From NCBI RefSeq assembly GCF_001194135.2, contig NC_068984.1, positions 143,202,674-143,241,073 of the forward strand: DNA of 38,400 bases, read 5' to 3'. The stretch is from Octopus bimaculoides (taxonomy: Eukaryota). A program made the translations under genes and the position numbers. Positions 12,926-24,210 of the stretch are shown here, one piece after another (the first letter of the stretch is position 1; each line of letters starts with the position of its first letter). Under the pieces are notes generated by a model that saw only the letters and a list, made by a program, of their open reading frames with translations, ran no database searches and was not told the DNA's origin.

Positions 12926-13025
12926 GTGGAGCATCCTGACGAGGGGAGTGTCTGGTTCATTTAAAATAAGAAATTCATCCCATATTAACTGACACGCCTC
13001 CGAAACGGCCCGTCGGTGGAACTTC
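12926..13025 (+). ncRNA. Type I hammerhead ribozyme, complete core
   Basis: Stem I CATC(12932-35)/GGTG(13015-18), extended by GGAG/CTTC past a GAA bulge. Core CTGACGA 12936-42. Stem II GGGGAGTGTC(12943-52)/GACACGCCTCC(12991-13001). GAAAC 13002-06. Stem III ACG-GCC-CGT. Cleavage triplet GTC 13012-14. Confidence 0.8.
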
Positions 13026-13461
13026 TGGATCCACTGAAAATTGTCTCTAATTTTAGTACGTCCGTATAATGCTTTAAAATGTCTGACTTTCTACTTTCCA
13101 CACGCGTTGTGTTGTAACTTGAAATCTTTAGTCCTTGGAACATATCCTATAGATTATAATTTACTATATCCTATTTCATATCGACATCTATTTTAAAATG
13201 CCTATGTATTTATAAATGTTTTTATATATTTTTAAATATCTAAGTGATTTTAAATATTCTATCTGCTTGTGTTGTGACCTCTAAATTTTTATTCCTCTAC
13301 AGTATATCATATGAATTTATAATTCACTATGTCTTATATAATATCGACGTTTTTATATCTTATGTAAGTGTGTGTGTGTGTGTGTATGTGTGTGTGTATA
13401 TATGTGTGTGTGTGTATGTGTTTTTATGTATATATGCGTGTGTGCGTGTATGTGTTTGAGG

Positions 13462-13893
13462 GACTTGTTGCATGTCTTCTCAAAGATAGTTCATGTTATT
13501 GATGAACCCGAATTTGTAGGACTGGATTCTTGCCCGTAACATTGGCAGTGTGTCTGCGTTGCAAGGCTGTTCATCACACAGCCATCACACACCTAAACTA
13601 CATGCTTATTCATTCAAACTGAATATGGAACGCACTGATTCTATTTCCGTGTTTCGTGTCTTCGGAGAATTTCTATTCTTGTAAAGAATAAATGAAGCAG
13701 ACACACATGATTGGTGTTCCATTAGAATGAAGTTTGGTATGAAGACTTGAAAGGACGAAATAATAAACTAAAAGTCCAGTAGAAAACTAAAACTGTGTTT
13801 CTATTTATAAATATGTGTGTGAATACGTGTTTCTGGGTGACAATGTAAGCACAAGTCCTTCGTGATGAAGTGTATGGCTTCGAAACGTCGTGG
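13462..13893 (+). mobile_element. Very decayed Penelope-like 3' end (GIY-YIG tail plus hammerhead-like motif)
   Basis: One frame reads HVIDEPEFVGLDSCP*HWQCVCVARLFITQPSHT, loosely like PLE H.ID....ILD......EA.FI....P.L. It is followed by GTGATGAAG-tgtatgg-CTTCGAAACGTC at 13862-13889. Confidence 0.4.
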
Positions 13894-14555
13894 TTACAAC
13901 CTCACACTCACCGCGAGGAAACATAGGCAGGTGTTTTTCTGCGTACGAAAATCATATATTGGTCGTGCTGATTAATATGAGAGCGGAATTTAGTTGACAT
14001 TAACTGTGTAGAAGAATGTACACACACACACGTATTATATATACACAAATGTGCGTAGTGTACAAATAATAAGTACCTACTTTTCATTGATATACCATAT
14101 ATATCTGAAGTGGACTTAAAGACTGCAATAATGTGGAGGAGACAGAGACACAAGAGAAATCGGGGTTGATAGAGAGACAGCGATAGATAGATAGATAGAG
14201 AGAGAGAGAGGCAGAGAGAGAGAGGCAGAGAGAGAGAGGCAGAGAGAGAGAGAGAGAGAGGTGGAATTGTGGGGGAGGAACAACAAGGAAGAAAGTGGCA
14301 GCATGCATAAGTAGAAAATAGATCAATTTATAGATATAGTGAGAGGAGAAAAAGATGAGAAGGGGATGAGGGAAGTGACAAGAGAAATAACGATAAAAAG
14401 ATAGACACAAATAGATAGTGAGAAAAGGAGAGAGGGAGAAGGTGACAGACAGAGAGATATAGGAGAGAAAGGGTAATTTGTCGCTGAGAATGAGAGGAAC
14501 GTTGGTAACAAATATATAGAAGTCTTAAAATCATTTACAACAAATGAGAAACATG

Positions 14556-14648
14556 AAAGACAGACAGACGGACATGCAAACGGACAGACAGACGGACATG
14601 CAAACGGACAGACAGACAGAATGACGGACAGACAGACAAGCAGACAGA
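14556..14648. repeat. GACA-derived minisatellite (acagacagacggacatgcaaacgg x2 plus degenerate GACA)
   Basis: Directly visible tandem 24-mer. Confidence 0.75.
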
Positions 14649-14884
14649 GAGGAAATCAGAGCAAAAAGTAAGTAAAGTGCATTTTATGAGTTGTAGATAG
14701 ATGACTGAAGGCTCAAATCCAAACATCACAGCAATAAGGCTTCTCTCTTTTACTGAAGAATCTCTTTCGTTTGGGAAAAAAAAAATCGGATCCTTTGCAG
14801 AATGTAATGAACATTCGATCTGGCATATTGATAAGTATTCATATGTGTCTTGTTGTATTGTTTTTTTTTCTGTGTGTGTGTGTG

Positions 14885-14957
<73 letters not shown>

Positions 14958-15166
14958 GAGAGAGGGAGACCAGTCGCTAAAATTAGACACAACGTACTTT
15001 GAAGGTCTTCTCGTGTTTTTAACTTGTTCAAAGATGGTGTTTCATTTCAGATTCTAGTTCCACGTATCTGTCTGTTTCCATCTATCTATCCCTCTATCTA
15101 TCTATCCCTCTATCTATCTATCTATCTATTACATGTACATATATGTATATATGTATGTTGTATATG

Positions 15167-15213
<47 letters not shown>

Positions 15214-16122
15214 GTGTATTAGTGTGTATGTGTATGTATGCTGTGAACGTGTGTTACCGTATGTTCGTCTTTTGTGTGTTTGTTTGTGTATGTGTGTATG
15301 TGTGTAAGTGTTTGTGCGAATCTGCGTGTGTAAGTCTAAAGACACAGAAAAAAGTACACAAGGACAAAATTACAAATGAAGAAAAATAAGGTCAATCCAC
15401 CCACAGAAGTGTACGACGCCGGGTACCAAGGTAATGTGAATGAAATGTAGCGCACAGTTTGGTCTATTTTCCATTCGTTCCGGTTACTAAAAACTGATAT
15501 TTCAGAAAATACTCATAGGTTTCGTGAGCATCGTGTAAAACGAGGTATCTCCTAAGGCTTAAATTGATCAACCAATAGACCTGTATCATTCTTTGATAAA
15601 GTATCCACTGAACTTGGACACCATCTTCTCCTTAATCATCCGATTTTTTCCTTTCATTCCAGTCTTTGAGTACATCCATCACATTCTTGGTAGCGATGCG
15701 GATAACTGGATTTCATGTAGTCTGAGGATGGAGAGAAATACTTCTTTTCGTCTTTCATTGGTCACAAATCGTTCTACCCTTTCTGAATTCTCTCCGTATT
15801 TTTATAGTAAGAATTTACTAACGTTTTTTCTAGTTTCTATTTCCACCCACCCCCAAACAGCGCAAAACAGTCAGAATTGTACAACTAACTCCGATATACT
15901 CTATATTATGAAAGGAGTCGACTCATATTTTTAATATCTGTTCTGGTCTTTTGCCTCTTGCGACGAGTTCGAGGTATTTTGTTATTCTCTGATTTGCGGT
16001 CGGTCGTTTTCTCATAACAGCAGTTTCTGATGTGGTTCATTACTTCTCTTCTGTCCCTATGTAGGAAGCCCTCATCTAGCTGTTACTCTCATACGTTTTA
16101 CTGCTCGGATTATATGTATAAG

Positions 16123-16254
<132 letters not shown>

Positions 16255-16281
16255 AATGTATGTATGTGTGTGTATGTATCT

Positions 16282-16446
16282 ATACGACAGGGTTCTTTCA
16301 GTTTCCGTCTACCAAATCCACTCTCAAGGCTTTAGTCGACTCATGGCTATAATAGAAGACACTTACCCAAGGTGTCACGCAGTGAGACTGAACCCGGAAC
16401 TATGTGGTCGGGAAGCAAGCTTCTTACCACACAGCCACTCCTGCGC
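16282..16446 (-). mobile_element. SINE family B, 5' half
   Basis: The - strand reads gcgcaggagtggctgtgtggtaagaagcttgcttcccgaccacatagttccgggttcagtctcactgcgtgacacc..., with A-box-like TGGCTGTGTGG and B-box-like GGTTCAGTC. Confidence 0.85.
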
Positions 16447-16886
16447 TTTGTCAAATACAAGAAATAAACAATTCCTGCTGAGACGCGACAAAACGATGAC
16501 GATTTCCAATGACCTCTCTGTTCAGAGAGATTTTCTGAATCCGCAAGAGTTAACTGCTTTCGCTGCAGCAGTACTTCTGTCCTACAGTTTATTTATGGGG
16601 ACATTGCCATCAACAATTGAGTCTGTGATTATTATTTGATGCGTATAGCTTTCCAAACTCCTCCAAAGATTTGACTGAATCGATAGAGAATAAAGTTGAT
16701 CTCTTAAGTCTTCGCATCCAAATTAGAATGACAGAAAATTCTGTGTTGGCTTCTGTACTCATATACACACACAGACACATATATGTATATACATACACGT
16801 ACATATGTATGTACGTATATTTATAAACATGTTTGTGTATGTGAGATGTATATATGTATGTACGTAAGCATATATTTGTGTGCGTA

Positions 16887-16942
<56 letters not shown>

Positions 16943-17814
16943 NNNNNNNNNNNNNNNNNNNNNNNNNNNNNNNNNNNNNNNNNNNNNNNNNNNNNNNNNN
17001 NNNNNNNNNNNNNNNNNNNNNNNNNNNNNNNNNNNNNNNNNNNNNNNNNNNNNNNNNNNNNNNNNNNNNNNNNNNNNNNNNNNNNNNNNNNNNNNNNNNN
17101 NNNNNNNNNNNNNNNNNNNNNNNNNNNNNNNNNNNNNNNNNNNNNNNNNNNNNNNNNNNNNNNNNNNNNNNATATATATATACATATATAAGTATGTAAA
17201 TGTATATACATACAGGTGAATATTTGTTTCTCCTGTTGCTCCTCCAGATATACATACATACACACATACACCACACGTACAGACACACACACACGTATAA
17301 ACACACACACACACACACACACACATGCCTATATGTGTGTGTGTGTTTGTGTATGTATACATGTGCCGGTGCACTTGTTTGTATTATCGAAAGTGCATTG
17401 CATGAAATTTCAGCTATACGGAAGATGATAATCCATAATTCTAATACGCAGCTAATTCTTCGAGGACCACTTGGTGGGTTTTCAAGTGGATGCCAGCAAG
17501 AAGGCCCGTAGCCTAAGAGGAGAGGAGAAGAGGAGAGGAGAAGTGGGAGAGAGAGAGAGCGTGAGACACAGACAGAGAGAGGAGGAGAGAAGGGAGAGGA
17601 GGAGGAGGACAGTAATAAGAATGAGAATTCTACGATAAGATTTTTGAATTTGGTTTCATTTATGCTGAAATCTAATGATTCGAAAAGGTACGCACAAAGA
17701 TATATACTTATGCATATACACAAACTCACACGTATACACACGCACACATATACATACACACACACATGCATACACACACGCACATACAAACACAGACATA
17801 ATCGATTATTGTTA

Positions 17815-18000
17815 TTCATTTATGTGTTCCTGTCTCTCGGTTGCGGCCAAGCTGGAGCATTGCCTTGAAGTGTTTAGTGAACATAATCGAATGTAGTACT
17901 TTATTTCCAGGCTGCTTCCTACGTATATCGTCTTTGTTTGCCGAGTCGCTAAGTGATAGCTACATAAACAGACAAACACTCTTGCTAAACGGTAGAAGAC
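17815..18000 (-). mobile_element. SINE family B, degenerate 3' half
   Basis: ttgcggccaagctggagcattgcc...atcgtctttgtttgccgagtcgctaagt aligns to 37990-38110. Confidence 0.55.
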
Positions 18001-18102
18001 AAAAGCGATCACGTGAAGGCATACACACATACATACACATATACATACAGACATACATAGACGCACATAAATATACATACACACATACTTATATAACTAA
18101 AA

Positions 18103-18154
<52 letters not shown>

Positions 18155-18246
18155 GGGCATACGTGTTTGTGTTTGTGCATGCGTTATGCTGTTGATGATG
18201 ATGATGATGAAACCGACGGTGATGATGATGTTGATAACGAATAGAG

Positions 18247-18583
18247 TTATTACCTCTGCCTTAGCGGAATATCGTTTTCAATCGTGTTTGTTTGTTTGTT
18301 TGTTAGTCTTTCGACAAAATATCTCAAGAACCGCTGCGTAGATTGGAATGAAACTTTCAGGGATGTTTGGCCTTGTGACTGGCACGAACTGATTAGATTT
18401 TGAGATCGATCCGGTACCGGACAAGGATTCTGAATTATTTTTCCTTTTTTTTCATTTTTAGTATTCTCATTTGTGAGAGCAGTCGAGTTTATTTCAGATA
18501 TTCTCATTTTAAAAACCATCTCCGGCTCATCGTTGAGAGGACGTTGATACTGCCTTGGCGGAGGTTTGCGCTCCCTGAGTGCA

Positions 18584-18587
<4 letters not shown>
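18247..18587 (+). mobile_element. Non-autonomous Helentron-associated element (HINE/DINE-1-like)
   Basis: Subterminal inverted repeats acctctgccttag (18252-64) and ccttggcggaggt (18553-65). 3' hairpin GCGCTC-cct-GAGTGC (18568-82). (GTTT)n near the 5' end. T-rich flanks. This is the established HINE architecture. Confidence 0.7.
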
Positions 18588-18589
<2 letters not shown>

Positions 18590-18625
<36 letters not shown>

Positions 18626-18703
18626 TTAATGCCTGGAATTGAGCTCGGAATCTTGGGGTTAGTTCCCCGCGCTCTTAACAACTACACCTATGCCCGTGGG
18701 TAT
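18590..18703 (-). mobile_element. Short tRNA-derived head with (AAT)n tail (monomeric SINE or tRNA pseudogene)
   Basis: The - strand reads gggcataggtgtagttgttaagagcgcggggaactaaccccaagattccgagctcaattccaggcattaacctg followed by (aat)n. A-box and B-box-like motifs are present and the cloverleaf is imperfect. Confidence 0.5.
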
Positions 18704-18892
18704 AATAACATCGAAAATACCTTAGGAATGAGAACCCATGTAATCGACTTGTCCCCGTCCTCAAATTTGAGGCCATGTGAAAGGATTATTAATATTATTA
18801 CTATTATTGCTATCATTATCGTTGGTGGTGATGGTGTTATTATTTGGATCTAAAATTAATGGTGGCAGAAAAGATTATTTAGTCAGAAGTAA

Positions 18893-18995
18893 GATGGCGG
18901 GCTGGTAGTATTGTAAACACGTCAGGCAAAATATTTTGCAGCATTTCTTCCAGTTCTACGTTCTGAGTTCAAATCTCACTGAGGTTACCATCCAT
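18893..18995 (+). mobile_element. SINE family A head, degenerate
   Basis: ggcgggctggtag...tacgttctgagttcaaatctcactgaggt matches the family A head. Confidence 0.55.
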
Positions 18996-19680
18996 GTTTC
19001 TTATAAGTAAAATTGCTAAAAGAAGAATCAACCAGGACAGAGCACATTAAGTTTTCAATCTGACGTCAGAAATCTTCTGATCATTCAGTTGTTTACGTTG
19101 TTGCTACTTAGCTCCTGGTTAGCACTGGTACATGAGATGTCAGCACACACGTTCACCTCGTTAAAATGCCATATTTAGTTAAGCTGTGTAAGGAGGACTT
19201 TATTATCTGAAACATCCTTTCTTTCCTTATTAAATGTAACGTGATATAGGGGAGATTTTATTTCTGTTCCTAGAAGGTCAATTGTCAGTAAAACGGATCA
19301 CATGTTGCTTCACAAACGTTGACTTCCTATTCTTAGTTTCAAACCGTTTCTAGACATAATAGCTACGCTTTCTCTTTAGGGATCAAAACCTCGATATCCA
19401 TGAATGGATATCACACCAGGTGGGGAAGTGTGATTGGTTAATGCAACCGGTAACACTTGGAATAATGTGATATATCACTATATGGCCATAGGGCTCTATA
19501 ACTTATCAGATATCAAGTCAAGCTGTTAACACTTCCTATTCAGTGACTAACGCATCGCTAAATCTATAACAATGATATTGAATTGTTCGTGAAGCAGTTC
19601 ACCTGACTGTAAGTAGGTGCCACGTTGTGAATGCTGTCACCGTTGTTGTTGCTGTTGGTGTTTTTGTTGTTGATGTTGAG

Positions 19681-19830
19681 GTAAGCGACTTTTGCGGCAT
19701 TTCTTCCGCGTTTCTACATTCTTAGTTGAAATCCCAATCAGATAAACTTAGTCTTTGGGGTCGATGAAATAAGATATCAATGGATGATATCGAATTAATC
19801 CTTTTCCTCAAAATTTCTAGTCTTGTAACT
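19681..19830 (+). mobile_element. SINE family A body, degenerate
   Basis: gcggcatttcttcc...ttcttagttgaaatccc...ctttggggtcgatgaaataag...cctcaaaatttctagtcttgt matches family A. Confidence 0.5.
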
Positions 19831-20086
19831 GAAATTAGAAAACATTATTTTAAAGGATTTTTGCTGATGTTTAGCCTTTAGTTGACAATGAATGAGCGGC
19901 CATATAATGACAGAAATCTCGTCTCGTTAACAAATATACNNNNNNNNNNNNNNNNNNNNNNNNNNNNNNNNNNNNNNNNNNNNNNNNNNNNNNNNNNNNN
20001 NNNNNNNNNNNNNNNNNNNNNNNNNNNNNNNNNNNNNNNTTTCACAGTATAAAATATATATAAATATATAGTTTTAGGGAAAAGAA

Positions 20087-20139
20087 CATAGTGCGAAACT
20101 GAGTATTACCGATCGGTCGATAACTGATGAAGAATTAGG
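20087..20139 (+). ncRNA. Circularly permuted (type II-like) hammerhead candidate
   Basis: The order is GAAAC(20095-99)-TGA-GTA(20103-05), then stem I TTAcCGA/TCGaTAA (20106-23), then CTGATGA(20124-30). Imperfect stem II CATAGTGC(20087-94)/GAATTAGG(20132-39). Confidence 0.45.
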
Positions 20140-20231
20140 GACCTATGTCTGTCTCCTTTGTTTATTTACCATATTTTTTTTTTTCATTTATTAAGTAACG
20201 GAACACAACACACACCGAACTTTATTAACTT

Positions 20232-20356
20232 AGCGGCTCCTCAAAGGACACCGATAGAATAAATACTAGGCGTACAAAGAATAAATTCTAGGGTCGATTT
20301 ATTCGGCGTTGCTCCAGCATGGCTGCAGTCAAATGACTGCAACAAGTAAAAGAATA
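20232..20356 (+). mobile_element. SINE family B, 3' fragment
   Basis: accgatagaataaatactaggcgtacaaagaataa...gggtcgattt...gctccagcatggctgcagtcaaatgactgcaacaagtaaaaga matches 37410-37503. Confidence 0.75.
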
Positions 20357-20456
20357 AAAGATTATAAATAGTTCGAAAACGAATGAAAGCCCTGATAATA
20401 AATAGATAAAAAAATCTTTTTCCAAAATTCTAGTGGCCTCCTTTTCTCTCTTACAC

Positions 20457-20607
20457 GTTTGTTCAATTCCCGGCGATGCGTTGTGATTTTGAGCAAGACA
20501 CCTTATTTCACGTTGTCCCCATTGGGTGTTACATTCTGCGTCACGTTCAGTCTCTCTCGGAACCTCGTTAACTTTACACTTGTCTGTGGCGTGCTCACGT
20601 TAATTTC
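20457..20607 (+). mobile_element. SINE family C, internally deleted copy cut by a gap
   Basis: B-box-like gttcaattcc and gagcaagacaccttatttcacgttg, then a body homologous to the reverse complement of 6745-6830. Confidence 0.6.
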
Positions 20608-21975
20608 NNNNNNNNNNNNNNNNNNNNNNNNNNNNNNNNNNNNNNNNNNNNNNNNNNNNNNNNNNNNNNNNNNNNNNNNNNNNNNNNNNNNNNNNNNNNN
20701 NNNNNNNNNNNNNNNNNNNNNNNNNNNNNNNNNNNNNNNNNNNNNNNNNNNNNNNNNNNNNNNNNNNNNNNNNNNNNNNNNNNNNNNNNNNNNNNNNNNN
20801 NNNNNNNNNNNNNNNNNNNNNNNNNNNNNNNNNNNNNNNNNNNNNNNNNNNNNNNNNNNNNNNNNNNNNNNNNNNNNNNNNNNNNNNNNNNNNNNNNATA
20901 TATATATATATATATATATACATATATGTATGTGTGTGTGTGTTTGTGTGTGTGTATTGACACGTATAAATGTACATATATGTGTGTGTGTTTAGTAACA
21001 TGCATACAAACGCACAATACTTGTGTGTATGCGTATGCATGCATTGGATTGTGGCTGTTGGATATCTCAATTCCTCATACATTCTCGTAACAGCTTCATT
21101 GTGGGCGTGGATCCCAGAGCAGTTCAAGGTTTCCCGCCCAGAAACCAGAAACCTGCCATTTGAAGGGACTGAAGTGTCCAATAAATGCCATAAAATTGCT
21201 ACCCTTTTCAAATGTATTGAGTACACGCTATATCTGTGATAGTTGTAACACTGTTTTCCTTCTCGTATCAGTGAGCGTGTGTTTGTGAGCAACAAATTTT
21301 CAGAAAAACCAATGTACGTACGTGCATATATACATATATAAACATATATATACATGCACTTATATTCACATATGTATGCATATACAATCGTGCCAGTTTC
21401 TCATTGGTTTAGGTATCAGCCAATAGTGAAAAATATTGATTATTGGTTCGCTAATCATGCCATAGCTGTAGCATAACATACTTCTCTATGGGAAAGAAGA
21501 TATAAAATCATGTGATACTGATTCTGGATGAGATAATCGCAGGCAGTATGCTCTACTGACTGAACTATATTCCACAAGGTATATGCATCCTTATCGAATT
21601 GATGACTAGAACTACTAGCACCTATGTTCTACATTGCTACTGACGTACAACAGCCTCTAGTATATAACTTGATTTCGGTTTTTATGTAGAAACTCGTACA
21701 CTCGCTCAAACACCCAGGCACACACATGTACATTCGCACATACAAACACACAAAAACAAATGTATATATACATATATATATGGTAATTATATACATATGC
21801 ACAATACATACACACATACATATATGTATATATGTATACGTATATAAATATATATATATGTATGTATGTATTCATGTACACATATACCTTTATATGTGTG
21901 CATATATACACACACACATATATATACATACGCATGCATATATGTGTGTGTATATATATATATATACATATATGC

Positions 21976-22039
<64 letters not shown>

Positions 22040-22410
22040 GTACATAGGTACGTGTACACGTACGTATTTAGTGAGATACATAGATTTATTCATTCGTGTG
22101 TTCTCGCATGCATACATACGTACATACATACATACATACATACATAACACACACGCATACGTGCATGGACGCTGATCCTTTTAATAAAATGACAGAAATT
22201 CACAAATATATACATATACATATAATGTGTGTGCACGTGTGTGTGTTTATGCGTGTGTGTGCGTGTGCGCACGTGCTTGTGTGTGTTTGTGAGCTGTAGA
22301 GACAAAGATTATGTACGGATGGTGATATTTGACAGACGGAGAGATGCATAAAGTGATTGTTATACACACACACACACACACAAACAGAGATAAACATATA
22401 TAAACAGAGG

Positions 22411-22446
<36 letters not shown>

Positions 22447-22459
<13 letters not shown>

Positions 22460-22525
22460 GATAGGTGGAAAGATAGATAGATAATAGGTGGAAAGATAGA
22501 TAGATAATAGGTGGAAAGATAGAAT
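22447..22525. repeat. GATA-derived minisatellite, 23-bp unit ataggtggaaagatagatagata x3
   Basis: Directly visible. Confidence 0.85.
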
Positions 22526-22534
22526 TATAGATAG

Positions 22535-22569
<35 letters not shown>

Positions 22570-22916
22570 GTGAAGGGATAGAGACACACATATTAGATGT
22601 TCGTTGTATTTCTCTTTGTTTTGTCGAGTTATTCCATCGCCATGGTACTTTCTTTGTTTGGAAAGCATTGCGGAAAGTAGTAATTTACAGTTATATAAAC
22701 AAGTTATAATGGAAAGTTTGTGAAATAAAGCTTTTAACATAAACATACACACCGTACGATTTTTATAATTTACATAAATTATGTAAACAAGACTTTTAGA
22801 ACACACTTAAGGATAAATATATGTAGATAGAATTTACAAAAACAAAGAAAAGACGAAGACTGGTGTGTGTAAACAACAAATAGATGTATTAGTTTAAGGC
22901 TCGAGAAGTGAGAAAG

Positions 22917-22953
22917 TCTTTTACGTTTCGAGCCTACGCTCTTCAACAGAAAT
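22917..22953 (-). ncRNA. Minimal PLE-type hammerhead motif with core variant CUGUUGA
   Basis: The - strand reads ttt-CTGTTGA-A-GAGC-gtag-GCTC-GAAAC-GTA-aaa: perfect 4-bp stem II, palindromic ACGT stem III, 3-bp stem I. Confidence 0.55.
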
Positions 22954-23036
22954 GAACACAGAAATAAGCAGAGAGAGAAAATGAAAAAAAAGGTTTAGTG
23001 CCTAGCGACCTGTCATGGCGATAGATACATATATAA

Positions 23037-23069
<33 letters not shown>

Positions 23070-23797
23070 NNNNNNNNNNNNNNNNNNNNNNNNNNNNNNN
23101 NNNNNNNNNNNNNNNNNNNNNNNNNATATATATATGAATTTTTATGTGTGTGTAATTTTGTTGTTTTTATTCATTGTTATATGTAAAAACAGCCACACAT
23201 TATTTGAAAGACTACTAAATGCTGAGTAATATTTTTTAAAAGAAAATATTGTAAGTCCAAAGTATCCGCCTTGCAGACTATGTTAAATAAGGTTTAATAT
23301 ATTTTGTATATGTTTGTGTGTGTGTGTGAGCGGTACATGGGGTCAATATAATCGACTTACCCCCTCCCAAAAGTGCTGACTGGTAACCTCAGTCAGCACT
23401 CTTGCGAATACCCGACCCGCTGGCAGAATGTATAGAAAGGAATGATGCTTCAATTCATGAATCGTGTGTTTCACAAAAACTGAAAATCTTGGAAGCTTTC
23501 TTCAGCCGTTCGGCATAAAACAAAAACAGCAAGCCAAAAAATGAAGGTACTGGTATCAGAGTTATTCCTTGGTTAAAGCTGTTTCAATATCATACGCTTA
23601 AAATGAATTATTTAACAAGTATGAAAACATGAATGCTAGCAATTATGATGTAACGTTGATTAAATAATATTGATTAAACGACGTAAACCCCATAGTAATG
23701 TAATCATAAACGAATGACTAAATTAATACAAGAGTAAAACTTGGATGAATTCACCAATAGTAAAAGATGATTTGTTAGCAACTGTGCATAAACTTAC

Positions 23798-23817
23798 CGG
23801 ACAATTTTCCGTTTGAA
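23798..23817 (-). other. Candidate 20-nt micro-exon
   Basis: The - strand reads ttttatctatttttttttacttgcag|ttcaaacggaaaattgtccg|gtaagt. No stop in any frame. No homology evidence. Confidence 0.35.
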
Positions 23818-24210
23818 CTGCAAGTAAAAAAAAATAGATAAAATGGACAGCTTTCGTATATGAATTGACAAGATCATTTGTAGAGGCTGGATTATTAATT
23901 AGTCTGTATACTCAGACAGTTGTCAGGTCGGCAAGGTAAAACATTATTAAAAATACGTATCGTAGTAGAGATCATCATAAATCAAGTTGGAATGACATCT
24001 GAAGAGCAGCTTCAAAAGAAGCTTTAATGATTAGGGAGAGAATAAAGAGATAAGGGCAATAACAAAGCAAAATAGATAGAAGGGAAGGGGACGAATTGAA
24101 TGGAGAGGGACGATATGCAGTCCTGTATGAAAGAAAGTGTTAATGTCTACAACACACTGGAAGAGGCCGAGGGACAAGTATAACAGAGAATGGCACTTAT
24201 CCTAATTATA

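Noticed and set aside
7364-15745. Other CTGANGA hits (near 7364, 8356, 15722)
   Set aside because: No stem II/GAAA/stem III geometry. The hit near 7364 is a mutated SINE segment.
15593-15934. 113-aa ORF and an antisense IRIATKNV (APE-like) motif
   Set aside because: No recognisable domain, stops in the alternative frames, and no splice support.
19059-19070. Perfect CRE palindrome tcTGACGTCAga
   Set aside because: A single 8-12-bp site is expected by chance, and there is no promoter context.
19393-19432. Short inverted repeats gatatccat/atggatatc and atcacac/gtgtgat
   Set aside because: Too short and mutually overlapping, with no supporting context.
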